From the IMG/VR virus record IMGVR_UViG_3300044210_000016, positions 1 to 44,676 of that record: a DNA stretch of 44,676 bases. One strand, 5' to 3'. Under the pieces are notes generated by a model. That model ran no database searches. It worked only from the letters and a program-made list of their open reading frames with translations, and was not told the origin of the DNA. Both the position numbers and the translations under genes were made by a program. The DNA is from a virus (taxonomy: Duplodnaviria; Caudoviricetes). Below, one piece after another: positions 18,783-26,569 of this stretch; within the stretch, counting starts at the first letter, position 1; every line of letters begins with the position of its first letter.

Positions 18783-19263
18783 GTGTTGCGACGGTTGCGA
18801 ATCTGGAGCCTGTTCGGGTTGCATTCACGGCAACGTGTTGCGTTTAGGTCGTTGCAACAGAATGCTGACTCTAGACGATCGAAGCATGGTAGAAGATCCG
18901 TGCAGAGTTGTTGTCGAGCGGATCAACCTACCGAACGGCGCTAAGCCAGGGAAGATCGACTACACAGAACTGCCATGGGTTGGTGTAACCGAAGTCGCCC
19001 GTGTTTTGCAAGATCCTAGGGGTTCGACCTGGCGTGAAGGTTCGCCCGACGCGATCCTCAAGAGTCTACTACGTCATGTGATCGCTGTGGCGACACAAGG
19101 CATCGACGCGATTGACGAAGATGGTAAGTCGCACCTAGCTAAAGTCGGTGCTAGATGCCTAATGCTTCTGGAGGTCAGGACATGTACTACTGCAAAGGTT
19201 GCAAACAATACGCATACGACGACGACTGCCCAAGATGTGGGGGCGCACTGCCAGACGAAGTAG
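18772..19263 (+). CDS. dATP/dGTP diphosphohydrolase-like protein (DUF5664-like)
   Basis: GK.DY..LPW....EVARVL...W..G...SLLRH.....D.DG.SHLA..GA..LML pattern. Confidence 0.65.
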   Translation: MKPECCDGCESGACSGCIHGNVLRLGRCNRMLTLDDRSMVEDPCRVVVERINLPNGAKPGKIDYTELPWVGVTEVARVLQDPRGSTWREGSPDAILKSLLRHVIAVATQGIDAIDEDGKSHLAKVGARCLMLLEVRTCTTAKVANNTHTTTTAQDVGAHCQTK

Positions 19264-19463
19264 ATGATCCAGCTAAGGAGTCGCTAGAAGGTCTTACGGC
19301 CGCCAACACACCTGTAGGCACCCATACTTCGGTGACAGGTGCGGTAACTGAACGGGTCAACCTAAATCTGGCACGCGCAGCTCTGTTAGGTGTGAAGTTG
19401 AAGCTAGCATCAAAAAGCGGTCTGATCATCCACGCTAAGGTTGTAGATGTTACCAAGAAATGA
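19182..19463 (+). CDS. Zinc-ribbon protein
   Basis: CKGC...CPRC; GGAGG RBS at 19170-19174. Confidence 0.6.
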   Translation: MYYCKGCKQYAYDDDCPRCGGALPDEVDDPAKESLEGLTAANTPVGTHTSVTGAVTERVNLNLARAALLGVKLKLASKSGLIIHAKVVDVTKK

Positions 19464-19944
19464 CGTCATACTCGCGTGTGACCCTGGCAGATCGTCAGGT
19501 ACGATCATCGTACGTACTGACCTGCCACCGATTAGACGGAGTTACTGTCAATACTCTTACGACCTGCCACCGATACAAGTCTTCGTGGCCGGCGTACCAC
19601 ACCCCACTAAGGTGGTAACCGAGTTGCAGTGGCTCCACGGCGCCAAAAACAAGCGTGCCATACTCACCCTGGCATTTGATGCTGGAATGACCCTGAAGGG
19701 CATTTGTGACGCGACACAAGCCCGTGGCTACGCCCTGCCCGTGGAGGTTTGGAAGCGCTTGCTGTTCAGCGGATCCCAGTCGGACAAGCTAGTTCACCTG
19801 CGTCGCATTGAGCACCTTCTGACACCCAACGAAGCCGTGCAGTTGTCGGAGGGCCCTCGCAAGTGGGACGAGCTATCAGCCGCTGGAATCGGGTGGGCTG
19901 CGTACCTATTGGGCCCAAAACTGGAGGGTTATCGCAAATGTTGA
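19447..19944 (+). CDS. RuvC-like Holliday junction resolvase
   Basis: ILACDPG..SG, VVTE, WK, DELSA.GIG acidic RNase H-fold pattern. Confidence 0.7.
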   Translation: MLPRNDVILACDPGRSSGTIIVRTDLPPIRRSYCQYSYDLPPIQVFVAGVPHPTKVVTELQWLHGAKNKRAILTLAFDAGMTLKGICDATQARGYALPVEVWKRLLFSGSQSDKLVHLRRIEHLLTPNEAVQLSEGPRKWDELSAAGIGWAAYLLGPKLEGYRKC

Positions 19945-20429
19945 CGAGAGAACAGTACCTAGACTTGTGTGAGAAAGGCCTGCCGATCATCGTTGGAGCG
20001 GCCGAGTATCGACTAAAAGCCAAAGCCCTAGACGCTCAGATCCGAGACGTCGAAGATCGTATCAAGAATAAGTACGCAGCCACACTGAAGCAGATGCAAC
20101 TCGAAATCGATCAAGCAGTGGCTGGCTTGATCGTTTCATCCGATGCGACGTGGGCTATCGAGAAACGTTGGCGCTCCGCATGTACCTCGTTCTTGACACC
20201 GCTGCACGAGACCCTGACGGCTGCTAGATTGCAGGGCGAGGAATGGCCCGATATCCCGACACCTCCAAACGTATCACTAAGGTTCGTGAAAACGATCGAA
20301 AGCGTTGACATGTCTCGTGTGCCTGCTACATACCTGTCACTGAACGAAGCGGCCGTGAAAGCCGCGAAAGATCCGGTCCCTGGCGTGACGCATGGGATTA
20401 GCGTGGAACTTACTGTTAGGAGCAAATAG
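19938..20429 (+). CDS. Coiled-coil phage protein (Gp157/Gam-like C-terminus)
   Basis: GGAGG RBS at 19923; VD..RVP..YL..NE...K.....VPGV C-terminal motif. Confidence 0.55.
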   Translation: MLTREQYLDLCEKGLPIIVGAAEYRLKAKALDAQIRDVEDRIKNKYAATLKQMQLEIDQAVAGLIVSSDATWAIEKRWRSACTSFLTPLHETLTAARLQGEEWPDIPTPPNVSLRFVKTIESVDMSRVPATYLSLNEAAVKAAKDPVPGVTHGISVELTVRSK

Positions 20430-20606
20430 ATGTCCGAAGAAAACGAAACCAAAGCGAAGAAGGATGACAAGTGCTCGATCGTGATCAAACTCACGCCCTC
20501 GCAACACGAGGCGTTGTCGATCGCGAAAATCAAGCAGCGCAAGGCGAGTGTGAGCGATCTGGTTATGGGAATTCTCGAGACCGCCGCGCCCGAGATCTTC
20601 GCCTGA
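20430..20606 (+). CDS. 58-aa ribbon-helix-helix-like DNA-binding protein (absent from the ORF track)
   Basis: AGGAG RBS; MSEENETKAKKDDKCSIVIKLTPSQHEALSIAKIKQRKASVSDLVMGILETAAPEIFA has the alternating beta-strand, helix, S.SD helix pattern. Confidence 0.6.
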   Translation: MSEENETKAKKDDKCSIVIKLTPSQHEALSIAKIKQRKASVSDLVMGILETAAPEIFA

Positions 20607-20626
20607 CGAATTTCTTCCTGCGCTTC

Positions 20627-20658
20627 AAACCCTCCGGCTTATTGGTCGGGGGGTTTTT
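20627..20658 (+). terminator. Intrinsic terminator ending the replication operon
   Basis: AAACCCTCCGGC-TTATTG-GTCGGGGGGTTTTT stem plus U tract. Confidence 0.8.
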
Positions 20659-20663
20659 GCATT

Positions 20664-20725
20664 TGTCTGACGATTTTGGTTGCGCCCGTCTGACAGTCTG
20701 GTAGTGTCGAGGGGTCAGACGGAGG
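20664..20725 (+). promoter_or_regulatory. Promoter/operator cassette 1
   Basis: GTCTGAC 20665, -35 TTGCGC 20680, GTCTGAC 20688, TG-G-TAGTGT 20702, GTCAGAC 20714, GGAGG. Confidence 0.8.
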
Positions 20726-20730
20726 ATCAA

Positions 20731-20907
20731 ATGGACAAGTCGATCAGAATCAAAGCGACGAAGGGTAACGAGAAAATGGTGGTGGTGCTGGCCTACGAGC
20801 TGGGCTCCGCTTCAATCCGCGACCGTAACGGGTACCGGCGCGAGACGCTTGGTGAGGCCTGCGACGAACTGCGCCGCTTGCCAGAGCAAGGGTGGTCAGT
20901 CTCGTGA
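20731..20907 (+). CDS. Hypothetical protein
   Basis: ATG after the GGAGG of cassette 1. Confidence 0.65.
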   Translation: MDKSIRIKATKGNEKMVVVLAYELGSASIRDRNGYRRETLGEACDELRRLPEQGWSVS

Positions 20908-21125
20908 CCAAATACGATCTAGTGGGCCTCTGGTTGGGGATCTGGTTCCTGCGAGAGGCCCACAGCGCGACGATCGAGATCCGCCGGCTCGGATCTGATC
21001 GGGTGATCGCTTACTCGTCAATCAGCCGAATACACTGCATTTGGTCAATCGATGACTTCCTCGACTGCCCAGCAAGGATACTAACCACGCTGTGGATTCA
21101 CGACGATGGCCTTCGTAATCATTGA
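20904..21125 (+). CDS. Hypothetical protein
   Basis: GTGA overlap with the upstream stop. Confidence 0.45.
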   Translation: MTKYDLVGLWLGIWFLREAHSATIEIRRLGSDRVIAYSSISRIHCIWSIDDFLDCPARILTTLWIHDDGLRNH

Positions 21126-21291
21126 CGGGCCTTGGTACCACGACAGGATTCCGATCGATACTGATGAGCAGATCGCGACCGCGCAACGCAAGATGCGCGA
21201 AGTAGGGATCATATACACTGGCGTCTACAATGGCGCCTACGACATACCAACACAACACCTCTACCCGCGAAGGACGACTCTTTACGCATGA
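21106..21291 (+). CDS. Hypothetical protein
   Basis: Tiles the operon; ATGA overlap with the next gene. Confidence 0.5.
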   Translation: MAFVIIDGPWYHDRIPIDTDEQIATAQRKMREVGIIYTGVYNGAYDIPTQHLYPRRTTLYA

Positions 21292-21488
21292 ATATCGAGA
21301 CTATCAAGGCGATCATCGAACGACACTCAAATTTCGGCGGCATCGCACTAGTCGATGACGTTGTTGCCGGTGCAACCAAATTGGGCGTCAGTAAAGAGAG
21401 CATCACCAAGACGATCGTCGAATTGACGGTCGCCGATAAGCTTCAAATGTACAAATCTCACGGAATGTTGAAGGTGCGAGCACTATGA
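21288..21488 (+). CDS. Small winged-helix-like protein
   Basis: VDDVVAGATKLGVSKESITKTIVEL...K..MY pattern resembles stand-alone wHTH domains. Confidence 0.5.
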   Translation: MNIETIKAIIERHSNFGGIALVDDVVAGATKLGVSKESITKTIVELTVADKLQMYKSHGMLKVRAL

Positions 21489-21733
21489 ATACTTGGGGAG
21501 TTCCAACTGAGTGTCCGAGTAGTCTGGTTACTTGGAAAGTGCCGATCGAACGTCAAGGTGACGATTGCATCCCCCAGTACGACCGCGCTGGGTGGTACAA
21601 CCCAGCGGGTATCGAGGTTGTCAAGCACACACCTCGCCCAAGGGTTGTGCTAAGGTTGGATGACTTGGGTAAACGTGTGGCTGCACGTCGTGTAGCTTTG
21701 GGGCTGTTGGGGCATTGGGATCTGACTATGTGA
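21485..21733 (+). CDS. Hypothetical protein
   Basis: ATGA overlap, AAGGTG upstream. Confidence 0.5.
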   Translation: MNTWGVPTECPSSLVTWKVPIERQGDDCIPQYDRAGWYNPAGIEVVKHTPRPRVVLRLDDLGKRVAARRVALGLLGHWDLTM

Positions 21734-21898
21734 GGTGCACATGCGACCACAACATCCTTACCGGATCTTCCCAGACTCCGATCAGCCGCCTCGCGAACAA
21801 TACACAATCGCCGTCGCGTGGTACCGGGTACGCAGTGTGGGGTGGATCGGGTTCACATCATTAGTAGACTACGCCAATTTACACCACAAGGAACACAC

Positions 21899-22126
21899 AT
21901 GCCTGACAAGTCTCGAGGCTGCAAACCTCGCGAGCGACACACAACACGAATTGCAGGGCGAATACCCGCATCCCTAGGCGCAGCCCTCAATAGGGCTCAC
22001 GAGCAACGCGGCGTTAGTGTCACGTCGATCATAATCGCCGCGCTACGTCGTGAGCTGAGAAAGGAACTACGTGGATCCAGTACAGAGGAAACGACAACCG
22101 ATCGTGTACCTGGCGAGAGCCAGTGA
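21899..22126 (+). CDS. Ribbon-helix-helix-like DNA-binding protein
   Basis: AAGGA RBS before ATG 21899; TTRIAGRIPASLGAALNRAHEQRGVSVTSIIIAALRREL fits the CopG/Arc RHH pattern. Confidence 0.65.
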   Translation: MPDKSRGCKPRERHTTRIAGRIPASLGAALNRAHEQRGVSVTSIIIAALRRELRKELRGSSTEETTTDRVPGESQ

Positions 22127-22481
22127 CGATCTAGCCAACGCGAAGTTGTGGGCGGGGTGGCTCACGAAACACTACCAAATGTTAGTGATCGTCCCTTGGG
22201 TTACACTGATCGAAACGTGGAACGACAGTGACCCGGCTGATCGTGAGCTAGGTCTAGAGCTCGATATGCACGCGATTGACCGCAGTGACTGGTTGATCGG
22301 GGTACTACCAAACAAGTTGTCAAAGGGCTATGTACGTGATACAGACTATGCGGTCACGTGTAACAAGCTACTGATCGAGATCGTAGCCAACACACCTGAC
22401 GAACTTGACCCTCTAACACTCGCCTTCTTGGAGAAAGCTTTTGGCAAACGCATCGTTGGCGAAAGCCCCGCAGTATCGTGA
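22071..22481 (+). CDS. Nucleoside 2-deoxyribosyltransferase-like fold protein (DUF4406/DUF1937-like)
   Basis: IVYLA, P, LD..AIDRSD.L, SKG...D..YA...K pattern; AAGGA RBS. Confidence 0.6.
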   Translation: MDPVQRKRQPIVYLARASDDLANAKLWAGWLTKHYQMLVIVPWVTLIETWNDSDPADRELGLELDMHAIDRSDWLIGVLPNKLSKGYVRDTDYAVTCNKLLIEIVANTPDELDPLTLAFLEKAFGKRIVGESPAVS

Positions 22482-22758
22482 GAAGATCGTCGAGATCCGT
22501 AGGCAGTACCGGATCGTCTACCTAACGCCCGAGCACAAGCGACGGGCTCTCGAGTGTGTGAGGAACTCGACAGACGGTCGCGGTATCAACTGGGTCGCTG
22601 AACAGCAAGGGGAAGCTCGTGTAGTTGTGATCGACTCCAAAACAACCGTCGCGCCGAACCTGGTGAGCGATGTGGCACCGTCATACTCCAAAGTGAAACC
22701 TCGCACAATGGCGGGTCTCGGTTCGAGGTACTATCGCCAACACAAGGGGCCGACATGA
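22441..22758 (+). CDS. Hypothetical protein (start uncertain)
   Basis: Fills the operon gap; ATGA overlap with the next gene. Confidence 0.4.
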   Translation: MANASLAKAPQYREKIVEIRRQYRIVYLTPEHKRRALECVRNSTDGRGINWVAEQQGEARVVVIDSKTTVAPNLVSDVAPSYSKVKPRTMAGLGSRYYRQHKGPT

Positions 22759-22943
22759 GTGATAGTAGTGGGCGGATCGCAGTCGAGCGAAAGATCGACA
22801 GCCTACGCGACGAGCTCGTCGCTGCAAGGGAGTCCTTCGAAGCTCTCGAAGCCGAGCTAGTAATAATTGAGGCAGACCTACAAGACACAAGACTCAAGTA
22901 CCACGCGGCACTTGAGCGTATTCGAAAGGCACTAGATGATTGA
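22755..22943 (+). CDS. Small coiled-coil protein
   Basis: Heptad-rich 62 aa; AAGGGG RBS. Confidence 0.6.
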   Translation: MSDSSGRIAVERKIDSLRDELVAARESFEALEAELVIIEADLQDTRLKYHAALERIRKALDD

Positions 22944-23295
22944 GTCTTACAAATTCAGAGATACGGCCGAGAACCCTTTGGATCTCGATCGCATCGTGCG
23001 TGAAGCACCCAACGGTGCGCGCGCGATTTTAGTAGAGCGTCAACGGCGCGACTACAAGACGCGGCAGTTGCTGATCTCGATCAATACGTTGATCGGACTG
23101 AACCGCATCGGTGTTGCGCCAAAATTGGGCGCCAAGGCCTTGGCTGCGGAAGGCTGGTTCTTGTGCCGATCTGATTCGTTTGGCGTCATCCGATTCAAAC
23201 ACCGTGACGGCACGGACGCTCGTTGTTGTGTTGTTAATCAGCCAGGCCACGTTGCATTGATGCTCAAAGCAATCGACTCGGGAGAAATGCTATGA
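22936..23295 (+). CDS. Hypothetical protein
   Basis: 119-aa ORF in the operon, AAGG upstream. Confidence 0.6.
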   Translation: MIESYKFRDTAENPLDLDRIVREAPNGARAILVERQRRDYKTRQLLISINTLIGLNRIGVAPKLGAKALAAEGWFLCRSDSFGVIRFKHRDGTDARCCVVNQPGHVALMLKAIDSGEML

Positions 23296-24203
23296 ACTGC
23301 ACAGAACACGTACACAAGCTGGTTGCTAGGTTGGCAACAGTCACAGCCGACACCAACGTCTTGCAGACGACGACCGGCTCGGGTGGTGCAATGCTTCATT
23401 GCATGCGCTATGCGATGCTCGAGAGGCTACAACGCAAAGGGTACCTCGTTAGTCACCCTTTTACAGTGTACTCCGTCGGTGACAAGAAGTGGGCCATTTG
23501 GATTACTAAAAACACGCCAACCGTGCTGGTTTCGTATTTCGCGAATCAGTACTCGAACGACTGGGGGTCGTTCAAACTCTTGTCCGAGAGGTATCGCCAA
23601 CTAGTGGAGGATGATCTAGCCACTATGTGCAGCATTGAACTTTTTGGTGCGGACTATCTAACAGGGTCCGGCAAGACTAAGGTAGCTTTGGACCGTTTGC
23701 CTGATTTTCTCGCTAACGCACCAAAGGGTGACGCTGCTGCCCTCACAGATCACACAGGCAAGGTTCTCGCACTATTTGTGCGGTCAACTAAATTAGTTGA
23801 GCTGCGTGACTCAGGTCACGCGCTCGGAACGATTCAAGCTAACACGGGCGTGCCTGTGGGCCGTTTTGGCGATGGTAGCCTGATCGCGTCAACAGATCGT
23901 CGAATGCTTGATTGGGTGTGGGTTGGTGTCAAGGATGGCGGGCTTGTGGGGTTTCGCAGGCACCCCTATTTAGAGCTGTTGGGTCTGATCGTAGGGGCAA
24001 ACACGTACCCCCCTGCGGTCAACCCTGGCGGTCACGACGGGGGGCAGTTCAGCGTTTACTGCTCGCTGCACGCTGCGAAGGGCGAGCCCTCTTACACGCG
24101 GTACGCGACCGCGATCCCTGATCCCGAGGCGTCTACCCCCAAAGCAGGTCTAGATGCCAAAAAGTTCGTTGAAGGTGTCTGGGTCAAAGTATCGACCTAC
24201 TGA
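23292..24203 (+). CDS. Hypothetical protein (303 aa)
   Basis: GGAG RBS, ATGA overlap, followed by a terminator. Confidence 0.7.
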   Translation: MNCTEHVHKLVARLATVTADTNVLQTTTGSGGAMLHCMRYAMLERLQRKGYLVSHPFTVYSVGDKKWAIWITKNTPTVLVSYFANQYSNDWGSFKLLSERYRQLVEDDLATMCSIELFGADYLTGSGKTKVALDRLPDFLANAPKGDAAALTDHTGKVLALFVRSTKLVELRDSGHALGTIQANTGVPVGRFGDGSLIASTDRRMLDWVWVGVKDGGLVGFRRHPYLELLGLIVGANTYPPAVNPGGHDGGQFSVYCSLHAAKGEPSYTRYATAIPDPEASTPKAGLDAKKFVEGVWVKVSTY

Positions 24204-24217
24204 TCTCTATTGACTGG

Positions 24218-24250
24218 AGACCCTTCGGCTTTTTGGTCGAGGGGTCTTTT
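24218..24250 (+). terminator. Intrinsic terminator, paralogous to 20627-20658
   Basis: AGACCCTTCGGC-TTTTTG-GTCGAGGGGTCTTTT. Confidence 0.8.
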
Positions 24251-24255
24251 GCATT

Positions 24256-24317
24256 TGTCTGACGATTCTGGTTGCGTGCGTCAGACAATCTGATACCGTC
24301 AAGGGTTCAGACGGAGA
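24256..24317 (+). promoter_or_regulatory. Promoter/operator cassette 2
   Basis: GTCTGAC 24257, TTGCGT 24272, GTCAGAC 24280, TG-A-TACCGT 24294, TTCAGAC 24306, GGAG. Confidence 0.75.
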
Positions 24318-24322
24318 GCAAC

Positions 24323-24511
24323 ATGACCGACGAAACCAAACCGACGGAGTTGACTGAAGCCGAAATCAAGCAAATCGTGTGCGACCTGCTCGCGCACCCC
24401 GATCCGGAGTGCACGATCTGTTCGATCCGGGATTGCCCCGGACACGAGCCCTATCACTACTCACACCACTCGTGCCCACATTGCGGCAAGATGTTTCTGA
24501 TCTATGCGTGA
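24323..24511 (+). CDS. Small Cys/His-rich putative metal-binding protein
   Basis: CTIC...C..H...H....CPHC; ATG after the cassette 2 RBS. Confidence 0.65.
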   Translation: MTDETKPTELTEAEIKQIVCDLLAHPDPECTICSIRDCPGHEPYHYSHHSCPHCGKMFLIYA

Positions 24512-24561
24512 CCTACGGGCGCAAAAGTGGTAGAACCAACCACGCGGCCTGAAATGTAATC

Positions 24562-24623
24562 TGTCTGACGTTTTTGGTTGAATCTGTCTGACAATCTGAT
24601 ACTGTCGAGGGGTCAGACAGAGG
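24562..24623 (+). promoter_or_regulatory. Promoter/operator cassette 3
   Basis: GTCTGAC 24563, TTGAAT 24578, GTCTGAC 24586, TG-A-TACTGT 24600, GTCAGAC 24612, AGAGG. Confidence 0.8.
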
Positions 24624-24628
24624 ACATC

Positions 24629-24853
24629 ATGACCGACATCCTAATCACTTGTTTCGTTGGACTAAATGGCCAGCTCAAGACTGCAACAACCCGTGAGCCC
24701 TTGCGGCACGCAAGCCGCGCCGAACGTGTCGTCTGCGATTCGGACGGCAACGAGCTCGGCACCGTCGAGGTGCTGGTAGCACGCAGGACCCTCGAGACCC
24801 GCGCGCCCAAATTCGTCGCACAAGTTCGCTCGATCGCTAGGCTACTCGAGTAG
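24629..24853 (+). CDS. Hypothetical protein
   Basis: ATG after the cassette 3 RBS. Confidence 0.65.
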   Translation: MTDILITCFVGLNGQLKTATTREPLRHASRAERVVCDSDGNELGTVEVLVARRTLETRAPKFVAQVRSIARLLE

Positions 24854-24858
24854 CCAAC

Positions 24859-24920
24859 CGCCCCAAGCCCCACCCCCCGCCCCACCCCCGCCAAGGGGTG
24901 GGGCTTGGGGCGTTAGAGGA
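24859..24920 (+). other. GC-rich intergenic hairpin fused to RBS (copy A)
   Basis: 18-bp perfect inverted repeat 24859-24876/24895-24912, then TTAGAGGA and ATG 24924. Confidence 0.75.
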
Positions 24921-24923
24921 CCT

Positions 24924-25484
24924 ATGATCAATCTAACACCACACACAGTTACAGTCAGAGACGAACACGACGTCGATCACATCTACCCCCCGAGCGGGCA
25001 CGTTGCCCGCGTTGAAATGCGCACCAACCCTTGCGGAACGCTACCCGACGGGTGTCCGGTCATCCGCGTCAATTACGGCAAAGCCACACTACCACTACTG
25101 CCACTACCCGAGGGCGTGTCTCGTGTGCTGTGCCGCGATCGTAGTGACGGACATGAGTACCTAATACACGTACGCGTGCCCGAGGGTTGCACCGCGGAAG
25201 CTGGGTGTGATGGTCTCTCGGACTACTGGATCGATCTGATCGATCGGTTCGGCGGGCGAAAGCACGTCGAGCAGTATCTCAATTCTGACTACGACAACCC
25301 CGAGTATTCGACACTGATAGCACGCGTCGACACACACTACATTGTCAGTACAATGTTCGCGGCGGCCTATAAAGATCAACACCCCTACCTGACAGAAGGT
25401 GTTCTGTTCACTCCGGACAGTGGCCCGACCGCGATCAGGAAGGACGGGGCGATCGTCGCAGTCCGTGCGCTAATCCGCCACTGA
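24924..25484 (+). CDS. Conserved phage hypothetical protein (NLTPH...PPSG..ARV...YIVS type)
   Basis: Recognisable N- and C-terminal motifs of a widespread phage family; GAGGA RBS. Confidence 0.7.
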   Translation: MINLTPHTVTVRDEHDVDHIYPPSGHVARVEMRTNPCGTLPDGCPVIRVNYGKATLPLLPLPEGVSRVLCRDRSDGHEYLIHVRVPEGCTAEAGCDGLSDYWIDLIDRFGGRKHVEQYLNSDYDNPEYSTLIARVDTHYIVSTMFAAAYKDQHPYLTEGVLFTPDSGPTAIRKDGAIVAVRALIRH

Positions 25485-25485
25485 T

Positions 25486-25547
25486 TGTCTGACGTTCTCT
25501 CTTGCGTCTGTCTGACATTCTGGTAGTGTCGAGGGGTCAGACGGAGG
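25486..25547 (+). promoter_or_regulatory. Promoter/operator cassette 4
   Basis: GTCTGAC 25487, TTGCGT 25502, GTCTGAC 25510, TG-G-TAGTGT 25524, GTCAGAC 25536, GGAGG. Confidence 0.8.
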
Positions 25548-25552
25548 ACACC

Positions 25553-25783
25553 ATGAAAACAGTAACGATCACGATCACGAGAGACGTAACGACCATTGGA
25601 AACGGCGCAACCAGTGACGATCTCGAGACCTACACAAGCAACCTCAAAGCACTGATCGAGCGTGAATTTGGATGCGAAGTGCACCTAGTGTGGACAGACG
25701 GTCTCACCACTTCAGACGACCCTGACGTCCACGCCCGAATCCGAGAGATCGAATCGGGCGACGAGTGGCATACGTTGCTCTGA
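25553..25783 (+). CDS. Hypothetical acidic protein
   Basis: ATG after the GGAGG of cassette 4. Confidence 0.7.
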   Translation: MKTVTITITRDVTTIGNGATSDDLETYTSNLKALIEREFGCEVHLVWTDGLTTSDDPDVHARIREIESGDEWHTLL

Positions 25784-25788
25784 CCTGA

Positions 25789-25843
25789 CCCCGAGCGCCC
25801 CCGGCCCGTACCCTCCCAAGGGGCGGGCTTGGGGCGTTAGGAG
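25789..25843 (+). other. GC-rich intergenic hairpin fused to RBS (copy B)
   Basis: Shares CCAAGGGG..GGGCTTGGGGCGTTAG with copy A; imperfect stem 25796-25814/25819-25836; AGGAG then ATG 25849. Confidence 0.7.
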
Positions 25844-25848
25844 CGTTT

Positions 25849-26043
25849 ATGCGACAAGTACTCGGATTCGTTCTGTTCGCCATTGCAGTGCTGATCACAC
25901 TCACAGTGTGCGTCGTAGCCAACGAGCTGCACGCACGTGAGGTGTGCGACGTCTGTTCAGTGTGGTTCGTATTCGCATTCGTGATCGCCTATGTGGCCGG
26001 CAGGGTGTTGACAGCATCGACCCGAAAATTGTCTGACAAATAG
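25849..26043 (+). CDS. Small membrane protein (two hydrophobic segments)
   Basis: Two ~20-aa hydrophobic stretches; AGGAG RBS. Confidence 0.6.
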   Translation: MRQVLGFVLFAIAVLITLTVCVVANELHAREVCDVCSVWFVFAFVIAYVAGRVLTASTRKLSDK

Positions 26044-26090
26044 CTTGCGTCTGTCTGACAAGTTGCTAGTATCTACCTTGTCAGACGGAG
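26030..26090 (+). promoter_or_regulatory. Promoter/operator cassette 5
   Basis: GTCTGAC 26031, TTGCGT 26045, GTCTGAC 26053, TG-C-TAGTAT 26067, GTCAGAC 26080, GGAG. Confidence 0.8.
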
Positions 26091-26095
26091 CAAAC

Positions 26096-26248
26096 ATGAT
26101 GACCAAGACATTCGACAGAATCAGCAGCAAGATCAGCGCCGGCTCGTATGCCACCAAGGATGCCGCGTACCGAGCGATCGATATCGCCTTCGAGTCGGGC
26201 AAGATCACCCAGTACCAAGCCCGTCTACTTGAGGCCCGAGTTTACTAG
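26096..26248 (+). CDS. Hypothetical protein (50 aa)
   Basis: ATG after the cassette 5 RBS. Confidence 0.65.
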   Translation: MMTKTFDRISSKISAGSYATKDAAYRAIDIAFESGKITQYQARLLEARVY

Positions 26249-26287
26249 GAAAGGGGCCCGCCTCGCGAGGGGCGGGCCACAACCAAC

Positions 26288-26560
26288 ATGCCAAAACTAA
26301 TCCCGCTGAAGTCAATCCCCACAACCGCCGCACGTGACGCCGAGCGCACGGCGCGTGCAAAGCACCCCTCACGTGCGGCGGCCCTCGAAGCGGCCACCTA
26401 CCGAATCGAGTCCGCGCCTGGCTGCCACAGCCGCCCCTACTTCGACCCGCCAGTGATCGGGTGGGTGCTCACCCACCTAGCTGCCATCGCGATCAACGAT
26501 CAAATAACAGACATGCCAGGTGGCACCTGCCACCACCGTAGGACGTACACCAAACTATAG
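26288..26560 (+). CDS. Hypothetical protein
   Basis: ORF after GC hairpin 26255-26278. Confidence 0.5.
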   Translation: MPKLIPLKSIPTTAARDAERTARAKHPSRAAALEAATYRIESAPGCHSRPYFDPPVIGWVLTHLAAIAINDQITDMPGGTCHHRRTYTKL

Positions 26561-26569
26561 GAGACAACA

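Noticed and set aside
16776-19263. 2-aminoadenine (Z) genome system
   Set aside because: No PurZ (adenylosuccinate synthetase-like) gene recognised
21735-21977. 80-aa ORF overlapping the RHH gene
   Set aside because: Possible (GAGG precedes ATG 21741) but it overlaps the better-supported 21899 gene by 79 nt and has no motif; not called
20680-26095. Shared N-terminal peptide MRLSD.L.VSRGQTE on five ORFs of the track (possible export/leader tag)
   Set aside because: The TTG starts are the -35 hexamers, lack an RBS and lie upstream of the predicted TSS; real ATGs follow GGAG(G) 51 nt later. The in-frame arrangement follows from the fixed cassette length, although it was not tested
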